A DNA stretch of 64,000 nucleotides from Balanoglossus misakiensis (Eukaryota > Animalia > Hemichordata). The notes below the pieces were generated by a model, which had not been told where the DNA came from, searched no databases, and worked only from the letters and a program-made list of their open reading frames with translations. The stretch's first letter is position 1, and every line of letters begins with the position of its first letter. Positions 12,289-25,043 of the stretch are shown here, piece after piece. The DNA lies in contig CM082584.2 of the NCBI GenBank assembly GCA_040954595.2, positions 10,262,190 through 10,326,189 of the forward strand. Direction: 5' to 3'. A program made the position numbers and the translations under genes.

Positions 12289-12913
12289 AACCTTTCTTGC
12301 GAGAGTTAAAAGCTGTAAGTGCCATATGCCGAAGTATATTATAAACTACGAGAAAATGTGATGTATCTTTTAAATTAATATTTCGTGTGTGTTATCTAGC
12401 GCCAATATTTTTCCGAGTGTAGAATTTATTTGACTAAGTAAATATTGCTGCTTCTAATCTAGACCAAAACATTTACCGTATGTAATTTTCGAAAATTGTG
12501 TGAAACGTTGTGCTATGAATTTGACACACTGATACATTGCACTGCCCGCACCCGAAAGTCCTCGTACTTGAGAACTTCTCCATTGAACCGGCCAGACTTT
12601 TTACCTCTGCCATTATGAAGAGCTTATCCCGTGTGTACATATTTTTACTCATGCGATTTGTGAAAGCGATTAAGAAATATAGGGTTTCTCCAGAAATTAC
12701 ACGGCGGAGTTAATCCGCGCGAGATTTTGAGGTTAGCGAGTTGATTCTTGAAAGATTCTTGGCGTTTCAGTAAAAAGAAGTCGGGCGACGGTCTTATTGT
12801 CTGTGCAATGTGATACACGGACTTCGATTTCCATCCAACTGAGAGAGCTTTATTTTTTCATGCTCCGATACATTTTAGTACCAAAGTAGAGATTTTAAGT
12901 TCTTATGTCTTAA

Positions 12914-13522
12914 AGGGGAAATCCGCTGTAGATAATTTCTACATAATTTGGTAGCTTTGATGTCTCTCTTTTAGAAAAAAACATATTCGCCATGTATAGG
13001 TCGCGCGATTTTTTACAAAATCTAGGGAAAGTTCCAATATGGCGTTTACTGTAATTTGAATCATGGGAAAAAAAGCGCCAGGAGCAACTTCCGCCCACCA
13101 TGGTGTGGGTGATACCATTTTCCGATTGGTGTCACTGTGTCACAAGCTAAGCGTATTTGCATATTTTTCATGGGTTATAGCTCATGAAAACTGTCAATAG
13201 ATGACAAATTTTCGACTTTGCTGATGATTGTTTATCAACTGATGCAAAGAACAAACAATAGCTATGAAAATACGCCTAGTCTGTCGCCCAGTGACACCAA
13301 TCGGAGAATGGTACCACCCACACCATGGTGGGCGGAAGTTGCTCCTGGCGCTTTTTTTCCCATGATTCAAATTACAGTAAACGCCATATTGGAAATTCTG
13401 CCAACTTTCCCTAGATTTTGTAAAAAATCGCGCGACCTATACATGGCGAATATGTTTTTTTCTGAAAGAGAGACATCAAAGCTACCAAATTATGTAGAAA
13501 TCAGCTACAGCGGATTTCCCCT
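12914..13522. mobile_element. Non-autonomous DNA transposon (MITE), Kolobok-like, with ~225-250 bp terminal inverted repeats
   Basis: TTAA at 12910-12913 and 13523-13526. Termini AGGGGAAATCCGCTGTAG...CTACAGCGGATTTCCCCT. Arms are nearly identical apart from a 10-bp indel and a few substitutions. RR..YY termini with a TTAA duplication fit Kolobok rather than piggyBac. Confidence 0.88.
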
Positions 13523-14701
13523 TTAACCAATTCAAGGTTGACTGGGTGATTTCTCCGGCGAAGAATACTATTATTGTTCTGAGCGGCAGAGATCCAAAAA
13601 TCGAAGGCTGCAATCCATTTATATCTAAGAAGCTTTCTCAAGTGAGCTGAACTCTAGCTGCGATAAGTATAGAACAGTCGCTGCCGAAACCTGCCGTGGC
13701 TCAGACAGGTGTTGGAAAATGGAGCATAGAATTATTCTAACCACGATTTTATTTTTTACCGTTTCCTGAAAAAATAGAGAACCGGTTCTAACGGTAATCT
13801 AAAAGTCTCTTACAACATTAAACATCTCAGAATCACGCCAAAACCAATATTCTGAGTTGGTGGCACGACTTTGTATTCACAGTGTAGTGTTTGTTTGTAC
13901 TGAGTATGACGATTGTGTTTCTTCCCGTTGTTTTTAGACAAACAGAGCACTTTTCAGACATGATCTCGTGAAAGCCTCTGTAGATCTTTTTTTGGTGTAT
14001 CGATAGCGGGACACCTGCTTGTTTATATACGGATAGATATAAATAAAATGCATATAATAAACACAACGGCTATTTTTTGTTGTTTTCTTTGCACAGTAGA
14101 ATATTTTGTCAACAAAATTCGGCCATTGACACTGTTGGTCCACAAAACCCACAGAGAGACCTATCTCGATTGGTAACTTTTTGCTGAAATGAAGACTGGG
14201 TCCCCCGTGTGTCCGAGATGTGCAGCAAATTCACAAGGGGCTACTGTTTCCGAAGACCGGAGAGCAGACCCTGTGAGGCGTAGGTGTCAGATGAGGGCAG
14301 TGTCGCACTTTTTCGGACAACAGCAAAGAAAAGACACCTTTGGCTGATCACCTTGTCACAGACTTACCTGCTGTTTTCAAAGGCTAATCTGAGACGGTTT
14401 GATAGGTAGACGGGCGGATGAAGGTGTAGACGGAAAGATGGTAGAAACACAGGTGGAACGAAAATTTAGTTGATTGTGTGTTTATTCGTTTCTTTTCGTT
14501 TGATACTGCCACCCCCACTTCGAAGTCTCGCGTCCAACCCGGACAACTGCAGAGCGCCACCATGTGACGTGGTTGAGATGTCAACCGCAGGTGTACGCCC
14601 CTTGCATTCTCATCACCAGCTTCCAAGTCTTGGGGACGACGGACAGTTCGCCACCACGAGGTATGTGAAGAAAAACTGTCGATTGAACAACTCCATCTGC
14701 T

Positions 14702-14744
14702 AGTCTGGTCCCCTGGTCTGGTCCCTGGTCTGGTCCCCTGTCCC
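14702..14744. repeat. Short tandem repeat, about 3 copies of GTCTGGTCCC(C)TG
   Basis: Directly visible. Confidence 0.7.
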
Positions 14745-17700
14745 ATTCCCACAGTAATAGTCGAGTTACCCTGTACTGCTGACTTCAATTGTCTCCACAT
14801 GGATAATCATTGATACTGTATCGAACACTGGATGCGTATGTAGTTTGTACATCTCATCAGAACTACACAAAGGTGAAAGATAGCAATTAGGCCTGCATGT
14901 TTGCTTTAGGTAATGGGAACGTGAACGAGTGCATCCCAAATATTTACAACCACTATCTGGTCGTTTTACTTTATTCGTTTTGTAGCGTGTTTTTTTTTGG
15001 CTCGTGTCAGTGGACAGGAAATACACGGGCGAGACTTGCCAACATACCTTGTTTACAGAAAAAGGTGTGTATACTAGTAATGGGTTCGATGCTGGCCCTG
15101 GTCTCAGTTCGAACACTCACACTAGATTTGGGGCGCAGAGCGTGCCCCGGGGAAGATATACATTTTCCTGTGCCTTCAATGGATACCCTGCCATCCTCAC
15201 AGCTGACAATCCATCGCAAAATGCACGTATACGTAACAAGACAAAGTATGCGGCTGTAACTAGGTGCAAAAGTCGGTTTTATTTTCATTACACTTTTCAA
15301 TTCAGGGTGGTACGTCTTGTGACTCTTTGTTTCCCCGGGTGAGAAAACAATGCCCCAGGAAGACTACGTAATCGTCTGCTTGGTTGACTGCCCGAACAAA
15401 AATCCACAGGTTAGCCTGGCTGTCGGTAACTCGGGTGTAACTGGCATCAAAATAGTGGGATTTATCTTAGAAGTTTTGTGAGTAAAAATGCGAACATTTG
15501 GTATCGAAGACATATTAAAGTTATAATGTCTCCTAAAGCAAGTTTTAGGTTTTAATTCAGGAGTGTACCATGATGTGTCGGGCCCCACCACGCCCCCTTT
15601 CCTGAAGTTCCATCACGACGAATATGGATCCGTAACCACGGTAACAGGGAAAATATGGACGGACGCATGCGCGAAAACATCACCTTTGTTGTCTTACGTT
15701 CACACTGCGATCTCACACCCGAGGCGTCTGTTGTTGTAGTTCTGCCGTACTTTTAATTACCCCGTGTGTTTAAATGGGAATTAGATTCCGTGAAATCGCT
15801 TAATTTGTTATTTTGAATAATGACATTTTAATTACAATGCGTGCCGTTTGAACAACTTGCCATTCCTGCAGAGCGAGCCGTTGGCCACAAATAGTTTCAC
15901 GGCGCTGTGAACTGCCCGTAGTAAATCCATTTAACGTGGCCATCAGCTTCAAATCAAAACAAATATACATGTACTGAGCACGTCTTCGTTCGCACAACTA
16001 TAACGAGTCGGTTATGTATTTGGCGTTCACGTTTCTAGTATTGTTTTAACCACGCAACGCAACAAAACAACACACCTATTTGATCCACCGATTGAAGCGT
16101 GAGAGCGATGCAGGAAGTTAGAGATTGCTTAGCTGCTCCAGCCATTCAAACATACTCTCATAAAAAAATCAATTGCAATAGTATTGACACATGCGTTACA
16201 ACTTCTCATTTACTGACCGGTGAACCGTTAACATAATATTTGAAAGCAACCGTCGCCGCGGGCCATTTGGTAAGATCAAAGTTTACAGCACCACGCACGG
16301 TTTCCACTCAGCTAGCAGCGGTTGCGTAATTTTGAAGGCAGTCCGTGAGTTCGGAATGTTTAATTAGTTAAAAATTGGTTGTATATGCTTTTGAATTTAT
16401 CGCATACGTTCCTTTTAAGAGCGAACGGACTGCAAGTGAACTTTAATAGTTGACGTTCGCGACTTATTTATCGCAGTAAGGCGTTGCTGGGATACGTGGT
16501 TCCTTTGGAGTCAACGAGGGGTAAAATATGATGAAATAACGTAATCAATCAATCAATGAATCAAACAGTCGACCGGTCAATCAATCAATTATAACAATTG
16601 AATTTTAACTCGGAAAACAATAGCAATATAGAGATTTTTGTAGAAATTTTCCGACAAATTATCAAAACCATAGATATGTTCCATTGCACGGTAATTTGGT
16701 CCATGCACAACAAAGGGCCCGTATGTACGTCATTCGAGTTGCATTGCGGCCATATTTGCCTTTCACCGATACAACCACCACTCAAACGAACGACAAACCT
16801 CTTCAGAGACCAAGTATCACAATTTAATCGACGCTCTGGCTCTGCTGTTTCGACATGTTTGTTTTTCGGGGCTATTTTGCTTCAAGCTGTAAACAAATGA
16901 CGTAGAGCAACAAAATCCGCGGTGTGTGACCTCAAAGGCTTCCTGTACGACAAACTTGTTTTGCAAAAAAAAGAACGTTTGCCTTGCTTAAGTGTTGGCC
17001 ACAGCCTACAACGCCACACAACCGTCCATCTCCGTAAACATCAATCACCATGGTCACGGTTTGAATAATGAAATATCAATTTCCTTTCGACATGTATTCA
17101 GCATCGACCGGACAAGCGAAAAATCGCGATGTGTGAAGATGTCGGAAATGAAAACTCGGAAAGGACATGCCGAGTAGAAAAGATTTCTACACAATCGAAA
17201 ACCAACATAAGGTTCTTCTGTGCTCCAGGGCAAGTTGCTTGACAAGGGAGCAGTAACAGAGCATTTCGAGATTTCCAGATTCACAACTGAACTTCGCCCG
17301 GAGAAAAAGTGGTCGATTTTTTTTTCAACAAAGACAAGTCAGGGAACGGAATTAACAAACCCGGAGATCTTCAGTGCCGCAAGGTACCACGGGAACCGGG
17401 GGTAAACAGTAACTGTTTTCGTTATCTTTGTACGGGAAACAAAAAAAGTGTGACGAAGGTCGACGAGAACGTAATCCCAATAATCGCCTTCTGTAATTAG
17501 CGGAGCTGTTTACAAGTCCAGACTTGGTCGAGTTGAATTATTTCCATCTCGGTCAATCAGTGGGTCTCACAATTCAACGATTCAGTAGAGAGAAATCTTG
17601 GCTAATCTCCTTTTTATCCCGAGGCATAACACTTTTACAAATATAGATTGCCGTGTCGTAACAGACATCTGTCTGCGACATAACGACACCGCAGCATCTT

Positions 17701-20700
17701 GAGTTAATCCTTTTACGGTATGTTGTGGGCGCGAGTGACCCATAAAAAGTGCCCGAAAATAGTCGAGGCGCCGATTTTGTAGGTATAAAACTGCCGAAAA
17801 TAGCCTGGCGTAAGTCAGACGTATGTAAGTATGTGACATACCGTACTCAAAATCGAATGTGATAGTGCAAAGATGGCCATTTTTCTGACAAACAAAGGGT
17901 AGTTGATGATCTGTACCCATTCACCGTCCACTCTAAAGGTTACGTTCTAACGTAAAACTGCAACGGCAAAACTGAGGGCCATGTTGCTATTTCAAATCTC
18001 CACGTAGGGAAATGTATATGCTTGAATGATTGTCTTAGAGCAAACAGACCCTTGAGGTAAAATATGATCGACGACTGTAGTCTGATGTGCTTTCAGAAAT
18101 GGGTTCAACTTGAAGTATATAGACTCAGACTTATAGATTATCTCCAGGGGCTACAGACGATATTTTACAGTGAAGTCTGACCTAATGCGACATTCTGTGT
18201 GTTCCGATTTGCAGCCAAATGATTTGATTTTGAATCAACAAAAATTGTTAACGGATCATAGATTGAGATAATGTTTAGAACAGTTGTCAAAGGATTGATA
18301 CATCAAGTGTTATGACAAAGAAAGAATCCTAATATCATTTTCCAACACTTCCAACCCCAAACTCTCTTTGAGAAATGGCGAGATACGGTCTACTTGCTGG
18401 TATTCTTGTTTGACATTGAGGGATTCTGATGGATTGCACCTGGCACACTGTGACACGTGGACCTGACGTTTGCGGAGTCGTGCGCAGGGCAACGCTTGCG
18501 GTAAACGGGCATCCAGTCTTTTAGTCTTTTTTGGCGTCGAGACATGCAAATCAGTCTCAAGTCGATGAACGTAACCGTCAACCGCCAGTCGGTGGCATTA
18601 TTTCAGTTGTTAGATGGCCAAGAGGCGAGTCTAGTTTTACTTTCTACTTTACATTTGCGATTCTGAAAAAAACCCAGTCACTTCGAGGTAAACTCAGTCA
18701 CAGCGATGACCACTTTTTACTGATTGTTCAAAAAAACTTCCCCAGTGGCAAGGTGTATTTTAGCACGCTGTCGGGAGTGCAAGAAAACACAACAGCCGCG
18801 AAATCAAACACCAATTAACTGAAAAAGTAGTCAAAAGCTGAGACTTTTGCCCATTTGTCTCACGATTTTGCCTGAAACGATGCATTTTTCAGATTATCCG
18901 CGAATAGACGTCCCAGACTCTCTGAAACTTGTAGCTTCCAGGTACAAATGAACTACCTTACTGATGTCCCAGTTATAACCAAGAAACACACATACCAGTG
19001 AAAACAACCAATCAAAGCTATCCTCTCTGTGTGTCGGATTTTCGCTTGCTTCACTTCACAGGAATACAGAAAAGCAGAAAAGAGGGAGGTTTCGATTTTC
19101 AATGAACCTGGCGTTTCTTCTTTCCTTCGCGATCATTGTAGTGAGTGAATACCCCGCTGGACGAATCATTCGCTTGCATGACCCCCTCCTGCTATTGTCA
19201 AATTCAACAAACAGCATTTAAAGAAAACCTTACTGTACTTTCCAATGTTTCGCGAAAAAATTGTTCAAGCTCATCTTGCAGGTCGTTAAACGCCATACGA
19301 AAAAACCCATAACTTTGGATTCTTGTATTTTTTTCCGTCGTTGATGAAGCCCCCTAACGACGCGACCAGACAAGGTGTATTTAGTGCTCGTTTCTATGGA
19401 AACGAACGTCAAACAAGGCAAGTCTTTTTCAGGGTTCTATAAATAAATGCCTCATCATGGAAACACTAGGATTAACCATCTGATTACCAATCATTATACT
19501 TGTAGAACATTTTGAGAGTGTTTCTCTATTATCTTCACATTAAGACAGGGAGTCTTGCCCTCGTAAGTCTGTAAGAAGGTACTAATAGGAGATTGAAACT
19601 CGGGAGTAATCCTTCATTGTTGGGGAGGGTCTGTTATCCCTTGGGAACCAATCAAAAACACACATCTTTGTGTCATCCAACCAAGCGGGTAAAGGCGAGA
19701 TAATGACCAGCGCTAAATTACTATCTGGAGTTTTTCATCGCGAAACAATGAATTGTGTTTGAATTGGCGAGGTTCTGTTCGGGCTCTGGGGCAAGTGCTT
19801 TGTGAACTGGACTTGAGGGCTGCCGAGGAGTTAGCACTGCAATCTGTCAAGTTGAAAACAGAGAGCGCAACAAAGGAATCAAGTACTTTTAATTAGGATT
19901 GCGTCATTCGATTCCTGGCGGACGTTACGGTGGCGGAAGGTGAAATGTCTGTTCATTTTCACTTGGTTAAAGAGAAGTGGAATGAAAAGAAGTTTTATCC
20001 GAGTGACTCACGTCATTTGTCTGTGCTGAGTTTCCAACGCAGCGTTTGTGTTGCGGATGGACCACTCACTCTCTTACATAACACAGCTCATCGATTTTGA
20101 CAGTTTTCACATTTCTTTGCAGCTGAGCCAAATATTTTGAATGCAGGGCATTTTTTCCGCACCGGGCTCTGAACAAATGTAGGTTTGGTTTTGTAAAGAA
20201 AGAATCTATGAGATGCGAAAATATTAGCGGTCCGTAACAATATTTGGCATCCTGTCTGTTTGTTGATGCAACCGAGGCAATACAATATCCGCGCCAACGT
20301 TTACAGATGTCTTCAGGAAGACGGCTGCGGTTTGTGTCCTCGGATTCCAATATGGTAGCAAAGCAAACTCATTTCGGCAGCGACGACAGCGATGCCAGTT
20401 TGCACTGCACAGCTGTAGAAATAGTTTTCTCTGTCACCGCAATGACAGAGGAGTCCGGCATGTGTGCACAGAGTTCCGAAAATTCCGGCAGAACAATAAA
20501 ATGACTGATAAATGTTGGGGTTGACTGACGCGAAGTTTCTCGCTAACTCGATGAAGTGATGGGCCGAAGTTTGACACTGTCAGCTGATAGCTCGATTGTC
20601 TAATCTGGATTCCAGAGAAAGGTGGATTATAGTAACATTTTACGTAAGTCCACATCCGGGATAATACCGGGATTTCTCAATGCCTGTTGCGTAGGGCAAC

Positions 20701-21784
20701 CGGCCCAGGAGATTACACATGGCGTTTACTCCAGTCATGAGATTTTCTCATTCATTAAATTATCAAAAATATGCCTTGGGGAGAAAAGATATGCTTCGTC
20801 GCCTGTCTTAATCTTAGTAAGTAAATGAAAGCGCATGTACTTGATTTACAATAGTGTTTCATAATCGATTCCATGATACATGTACTCGCCTGCGAGGAGT
20901 GAAGTCATCTGCAGCCACTGCTATTCAAGGAGATAAGTGAGCGTTAGCATTTAACTGTCCCTTTAATTGAAAGTTTAAAGGAGACAAATTGGAACCAACG
21001 CATGTTACGTGTGTATTATTTATGTGTACTTCAGATAAGTACGATTATTGTGAGATTTGGCAATCAATCGCGACAACGTTCGCGTATGTTCGTGAATGCA
21101 GACCATGTACTAAAAAGTACGCTTGAAGAGCACGCCCATTCCTCTGTTTCTGTTGACGTGTTGGAATTGTTGATGTTTCTAACACCAAGTCGAGAGTTTC
21201 ACCCCGAAAGTACGGTACAGAGCGTTTTTATAACAACCCATTTCTTTACTAATCTACTCGCCGTCTAATCGACCCAACACAACTATTCTACCGATTAGCG
21301 TTTGGCGGAGCAGAGCCCCTTGCTTATCGGTTTGTAATTTTGCCGATAAAACGATGGGCATTGGTGATAAAAAGATACCTGCAATTTGTCAAAGGTACTT
21401 AAACACAAGAGGTCGGTTGCAGAGAATCACACGACGAGAATCGTTCGATAAGACAGCTTTGGAACGGACCCCGTTTCCACTGCAAACACACGGTTATCAT
21501 CGAGTGGTCGATTAACACATTCAAGTTTCTGTGGAAACTGCCGGGTTTACCCTCGGGCCAATTTGCCTGAATGAAGCCGAGTTCTTTGACTTCACAAATG
21601 TAACCATGTCTACACAAAGAAGTATTAGAATTCCGGAGCACCTGCGATATCCAAGTTGGCCAAACTGACCTCTGAACTCTTCCCGAGAACATTCAGTTAG
21701 TCATGTGATCATAATACACACAACATTACTCCATGTAACCTCTATCCTAAATATGCACTACGAGCAATCTACAACGAGCGTATA

Positions 21785-21818
21785 ACCGCGGTCACTCCAC
21801 GAGTGGAGTGACTGTGGT
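21785..21818. repeat. Short palindrome/hairpin (ACCGCGGTCACTCCAC-GA-GTGGAGTGACTGTGGT)
   Basis: 16-bp arms; the two mismatches are G.T pairs on the + strand. Confidence 0.75.
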
Positions 21819-23309
21819 ATAACATACGAGTGTATACGCTAATCAACAGGTGGTTGGTATTCCAAGATATTTAGTTTTATTCTTTCAACTATTTTAATAG
21901 TGCACATTATATATTCTGAATGCGGTAGTGGGATGCTACACACCGATTTCGAGAAAATATATCTCCAGGCATCAAGTCGCTCACGCACCACGGCGACGTC
22001 TACGTGTGACCACGTGAATGTATCTACATGCGCGGAGTGTTCAACACTAACAGCGTACATTGTATATACATAAACCGTTATACCTGTCGTTTGATCGGCT
22101 GTAAAACACATTAAAGTTTTGTTACCTTGAAACACTCTGTGAATGTGGCAAGTACGTGGCATCCACAGAGAAAACCAGCTTATTCAAACACATTTGTTTG
22201 GTCAGGGCGACGGTAAAGATCGGCTGTGACCACAGTGCCGCGCCGAATTGGTTTGCTTATCGACGTTTTATTGAAGGCCAGTGAGCAAATATAGAGAACG
22301 GTTTGCATTGACAATCGCGGTAACAAAGTCGTAAGACTGACTTTGTCATTAGAAGGTCCTTTCTTTGGACGGGCGTGTCAGTTTTGGCAAATCACGGTCC
22401 TCGCATCTGCCGAAATGCATGACCGTTACCCCGGGTCACACCCGAAGCGAGCCCCCCTAAAGCTTCGGTGATTGTTAATTTATTGTTTAGATATAATGGT
22501 TAATCACGATCAATCTCGCATAAATAACCGTATAATCGCGTTTGGCGGACAGGAATAGGCGTCCAAACACGGTCACTGCGGTGACAAGAGACGAGAAAAG
22601 TTTGGATATTTACACGAGCACTTTAAATAGAAAGCATTACCCTTGGAGACAAAGTTTAAATGAAAAATTTGACCCTTGGAGAGTTGCAAACAAATACATG
22701 TATATTCCAATATAAACAGTTTTAAGACTCGAGCCGAGTGTCTCGGAGCTAGCTGTCATTGGATGGGACTTCCCAAGAGAGCCCGTTAAAATCGCCAGGA
22801 TCATTTCAGTTCCGTGTCCAGTTTTTGCACGTGTGTTGTGCACACGTAATACTCTCGTGGAATTCAGTGCGGATGTTTGTAGTGAAGGTTTATTGCGCAA
22901 TTCCCCTCTGACGGCAATGTCGTTTCATGGACCTGGTGTTTATAAAGGTGAGTTTGATGATAGTTGCCACTCCCCCCTCCCTCGGCTGTTATGCGCAAAC
23001 TCCGAACAGCGCTTACGCCAGCTTTTTATCATGTTTGTGAGTTGATCAGTGTGGGACAATACCAGCAACGAGGCAGTTCCAATTATTGGTCTCTGTCTGT
23101 GAATGACGCTAAAACAATTGGGATCGTTGATTACATTTCAGCGTGACAATTCTTCAAAGGAGTGTGTGTTGCGTGGCGTGGTTTAGAGTGCGCACTTGAG
23201 GCAGTCGACAATGATCTGTCCGGTATTTTAGACTGGAGGACATTCCGACGAAGTGAGACGGCGGAACGCTGCGGCTGGTTCAGTCGACATCCACGTTATA
23301 GTATATAGT

Positions 23310-25043
23310 ATGTCATCGGCCAACATGAGGGATTTACCGGAACTGCATGCTTACATCCGCAAGGGATACTTCCACGAGCTGCGCCTTTTGGTCGACAAGG
23401 GAACGGATGTCAACGTGCGGGACAGGGAAGGCAGAACGCCGCTGATTGTGTGCACGTTCCTGGAGAACGAGAGCTGGGCCGTGGGCATCGCACGGATGCT
23501 GCTGGAGAAGGGAGCGTCGGTCGGGGACGCAGACAGGCGCGGTCTGGGCGCGCTTAGTTACGCGTGCCTGTATGAACGGGATCAGCTCGTCGATGTGTAC
23601 TTGAACGCAATCGATTTTGACCTGAACCAGGTTGATAAGTCCGGCAACACGGCCCTCATGTACGCTGTTTCCACCGGTAACCTGAACAACGTCAGAAAGC
23701 TGGTGAGATGTTTGAAGCGTTACAAAATGACCGTGGACAGGGCCAATCGGCGGGGGATGACGCCTTTACTCGAAGCTTGTCGCACTGGACATTTTGATTG
23801 TGCCAAAGTGCTAATCAACGACGGCGGTGCTAATGAGGAGCACCGGGACAAAGCCGAAAAGAAAAATGCCAAAGAATGGGAACAAGAGTACATAACACTG
23901 AAAAACCAGCGCCGAGAGGCTTGGCCAGACCCCGAGAACGAGAAAAACACGACTTCCACTCGTCCGCCTGGTCTGCCTCGTCTCGATTTGTCCCGACTGC
24001 AGCAGTCGGTGAAATCAGCGTCGACGACAACCCAGGGTAGCAACTCCAGTTCGTGTGACAGTTCGGTGTCTGTGAACTTTGACGCCGGCGGTGAGACGAG
24101 GCAACGCCGTCCCAACACCGTGCCAGACACGCTTCAACGTTCACTACGCAACGAGTTGGCCATACGACCCCATTCCGCTTGCACCCGGGAGAGGATTACG
24201 GCTAAATTTCACCCAACTATTGCTTTATACAGAAACTCTGCAGACAGCGGCGACGCGAGCCGGGCCCAGGCACCGCGGAATCGTCAGGGCCGTCAGCGGC
24301 GCCGCAAGAAAAAAGACCAAAATCCATGGAAACGCGAACTTGGGACCATATACAAAAACTACGAAATTCAAGTCTCAAGATCGTATCGACATAAAGCTCT
24401 TCCCAAAACGCCGTCGGAAGTGTTTGTTCCCGTTCCGAGGTTCGGGAGAGGTCACAAAGGTTTAGCGCCGGTTTCGGAAGAAGGCGGGCGACTGACGCCG
24501 TCGAGATCGGGCAGGAGATCGTCGGTCTTCCGGGGAGGTTCCAAAGAAGACGTGAGAAAGAGCGACGGGAATCCCAACAGCCCGGGGAGCGCCAAGAGCG
24601 GCGGGGAGCCCAACGAGCGAGGCATCAAGATCCTGCTGGGAGCGCTGAGGCGAAGCTCGCTGTCCAGGAACGACCAGGAAGTGACGGTGACGACGGAGGG
24701 AGCGGCCAAACTGATGGTGAGCGCGTTTCGCAGAAGGCGGTCCCGCGCTGCCTCGGCGGTGTCGTCGTCAGCTCAGGGCGAACCAGCAGACGACAACAAC
24801 AAACCGAGGACCAAGAGCGAATCTGACGTCCCCGCCGGACTTGTGCCGTCCACGGGGCGACCCAGAAACCACTCTATCTGTAGTAACCTGACGAACGCGA
24901 CGATACCCGAAGAAGATGACGATGCTGCCAACGCGAACAATGTACAGACCGGGTTAGGAATGAACAAAGATGACGTCATGCGGCTGCGAAAACTGGCCAA
25001 AACAGGTAGAAAAGTCAGTGTTGGGTCGGATTCTGAAAACTGA
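23310..25043 (+). CDS. Ankyrin repeat protein, ANKRD63/ANKRD34 family-like; ~5 N-terminal ankyrin repeats and a long Ser/Arg-rich disordered tail; single coding exon, 577 aa
   Basis: Ankyrin motifs GRTPLIVC, GLGALSYAC, GNTALMYAV and GMTPLLEAC. The segment LVRCLKRYKMTVDRANRRGMTPL resembles recalled ANKRD63 LVRSFRRLGLRLDRTNRAGLTAL. First in-frame ATG at 23310. Possible 5'UTR intron 22948-23141. Confidence 0.88.
   Translation: MSSANMRDLPELHAYIRKGYFHELRLLVDKGTDVNVRDREGRTPLIVCTFLENESWAVGIARMLLEKGASVGDADRRGLGALSYACLYERDQLVDVYLNAIDFDLNQVDKSGNTALMYAVSTGNLNNVRKLVRCLKRYKMTVDRANRRGMTPLLEACRTGHFDCAKVLINDGGANEEHRDKAEKKNAKEWEQEYITLKNQRREAWPDPENEKNTTSTRPPGLPRLDLSRLQQSVKSASTTTQGSNSSSCDSSVSVNFDAGGETRQRRPNTVPDTLQRSLRNELAIRPHSACTRERITAKFHPTIALYRNSADSGDASRAQAPRNRQGRQRRRKKKDQNPWKRELGTIYKNYEIQVSRSYRHKALPKTPSEVFVPVPRFGRGHKGLAPVSEEGGRLTPSRSGRRSSVFRGGSKEDVRKSDGNPNSPGSAKSGGEPNERGIKILLGALRRSSLSRNDQEVTVTTEGAAKLMVSAFRRRRSRAASAVSSSAQGEPADDNNKPRTKSESDVPAGLVPSTGRPRNHSICSNLTNATIPEEDDDAANANNVQTGLGMNKDDVMRLRKLAKTGRKVSVGSDSEN

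Noticed and set aside
12910-13526. Two near-identical ORFs on opposite strands
   Set aside because: Artefact of the MITE's inverted arms; no transposase motifs
20066-20504. Possible THAP-like or transposon remnant (YCLGCIN...SHRFF)
   Set aside because: Resemblance too weak; no matching termini identified
23720-25000. Antisense ORFs over the ankyrin gene
   Set aside because: Shadow ORFs of a real CDS
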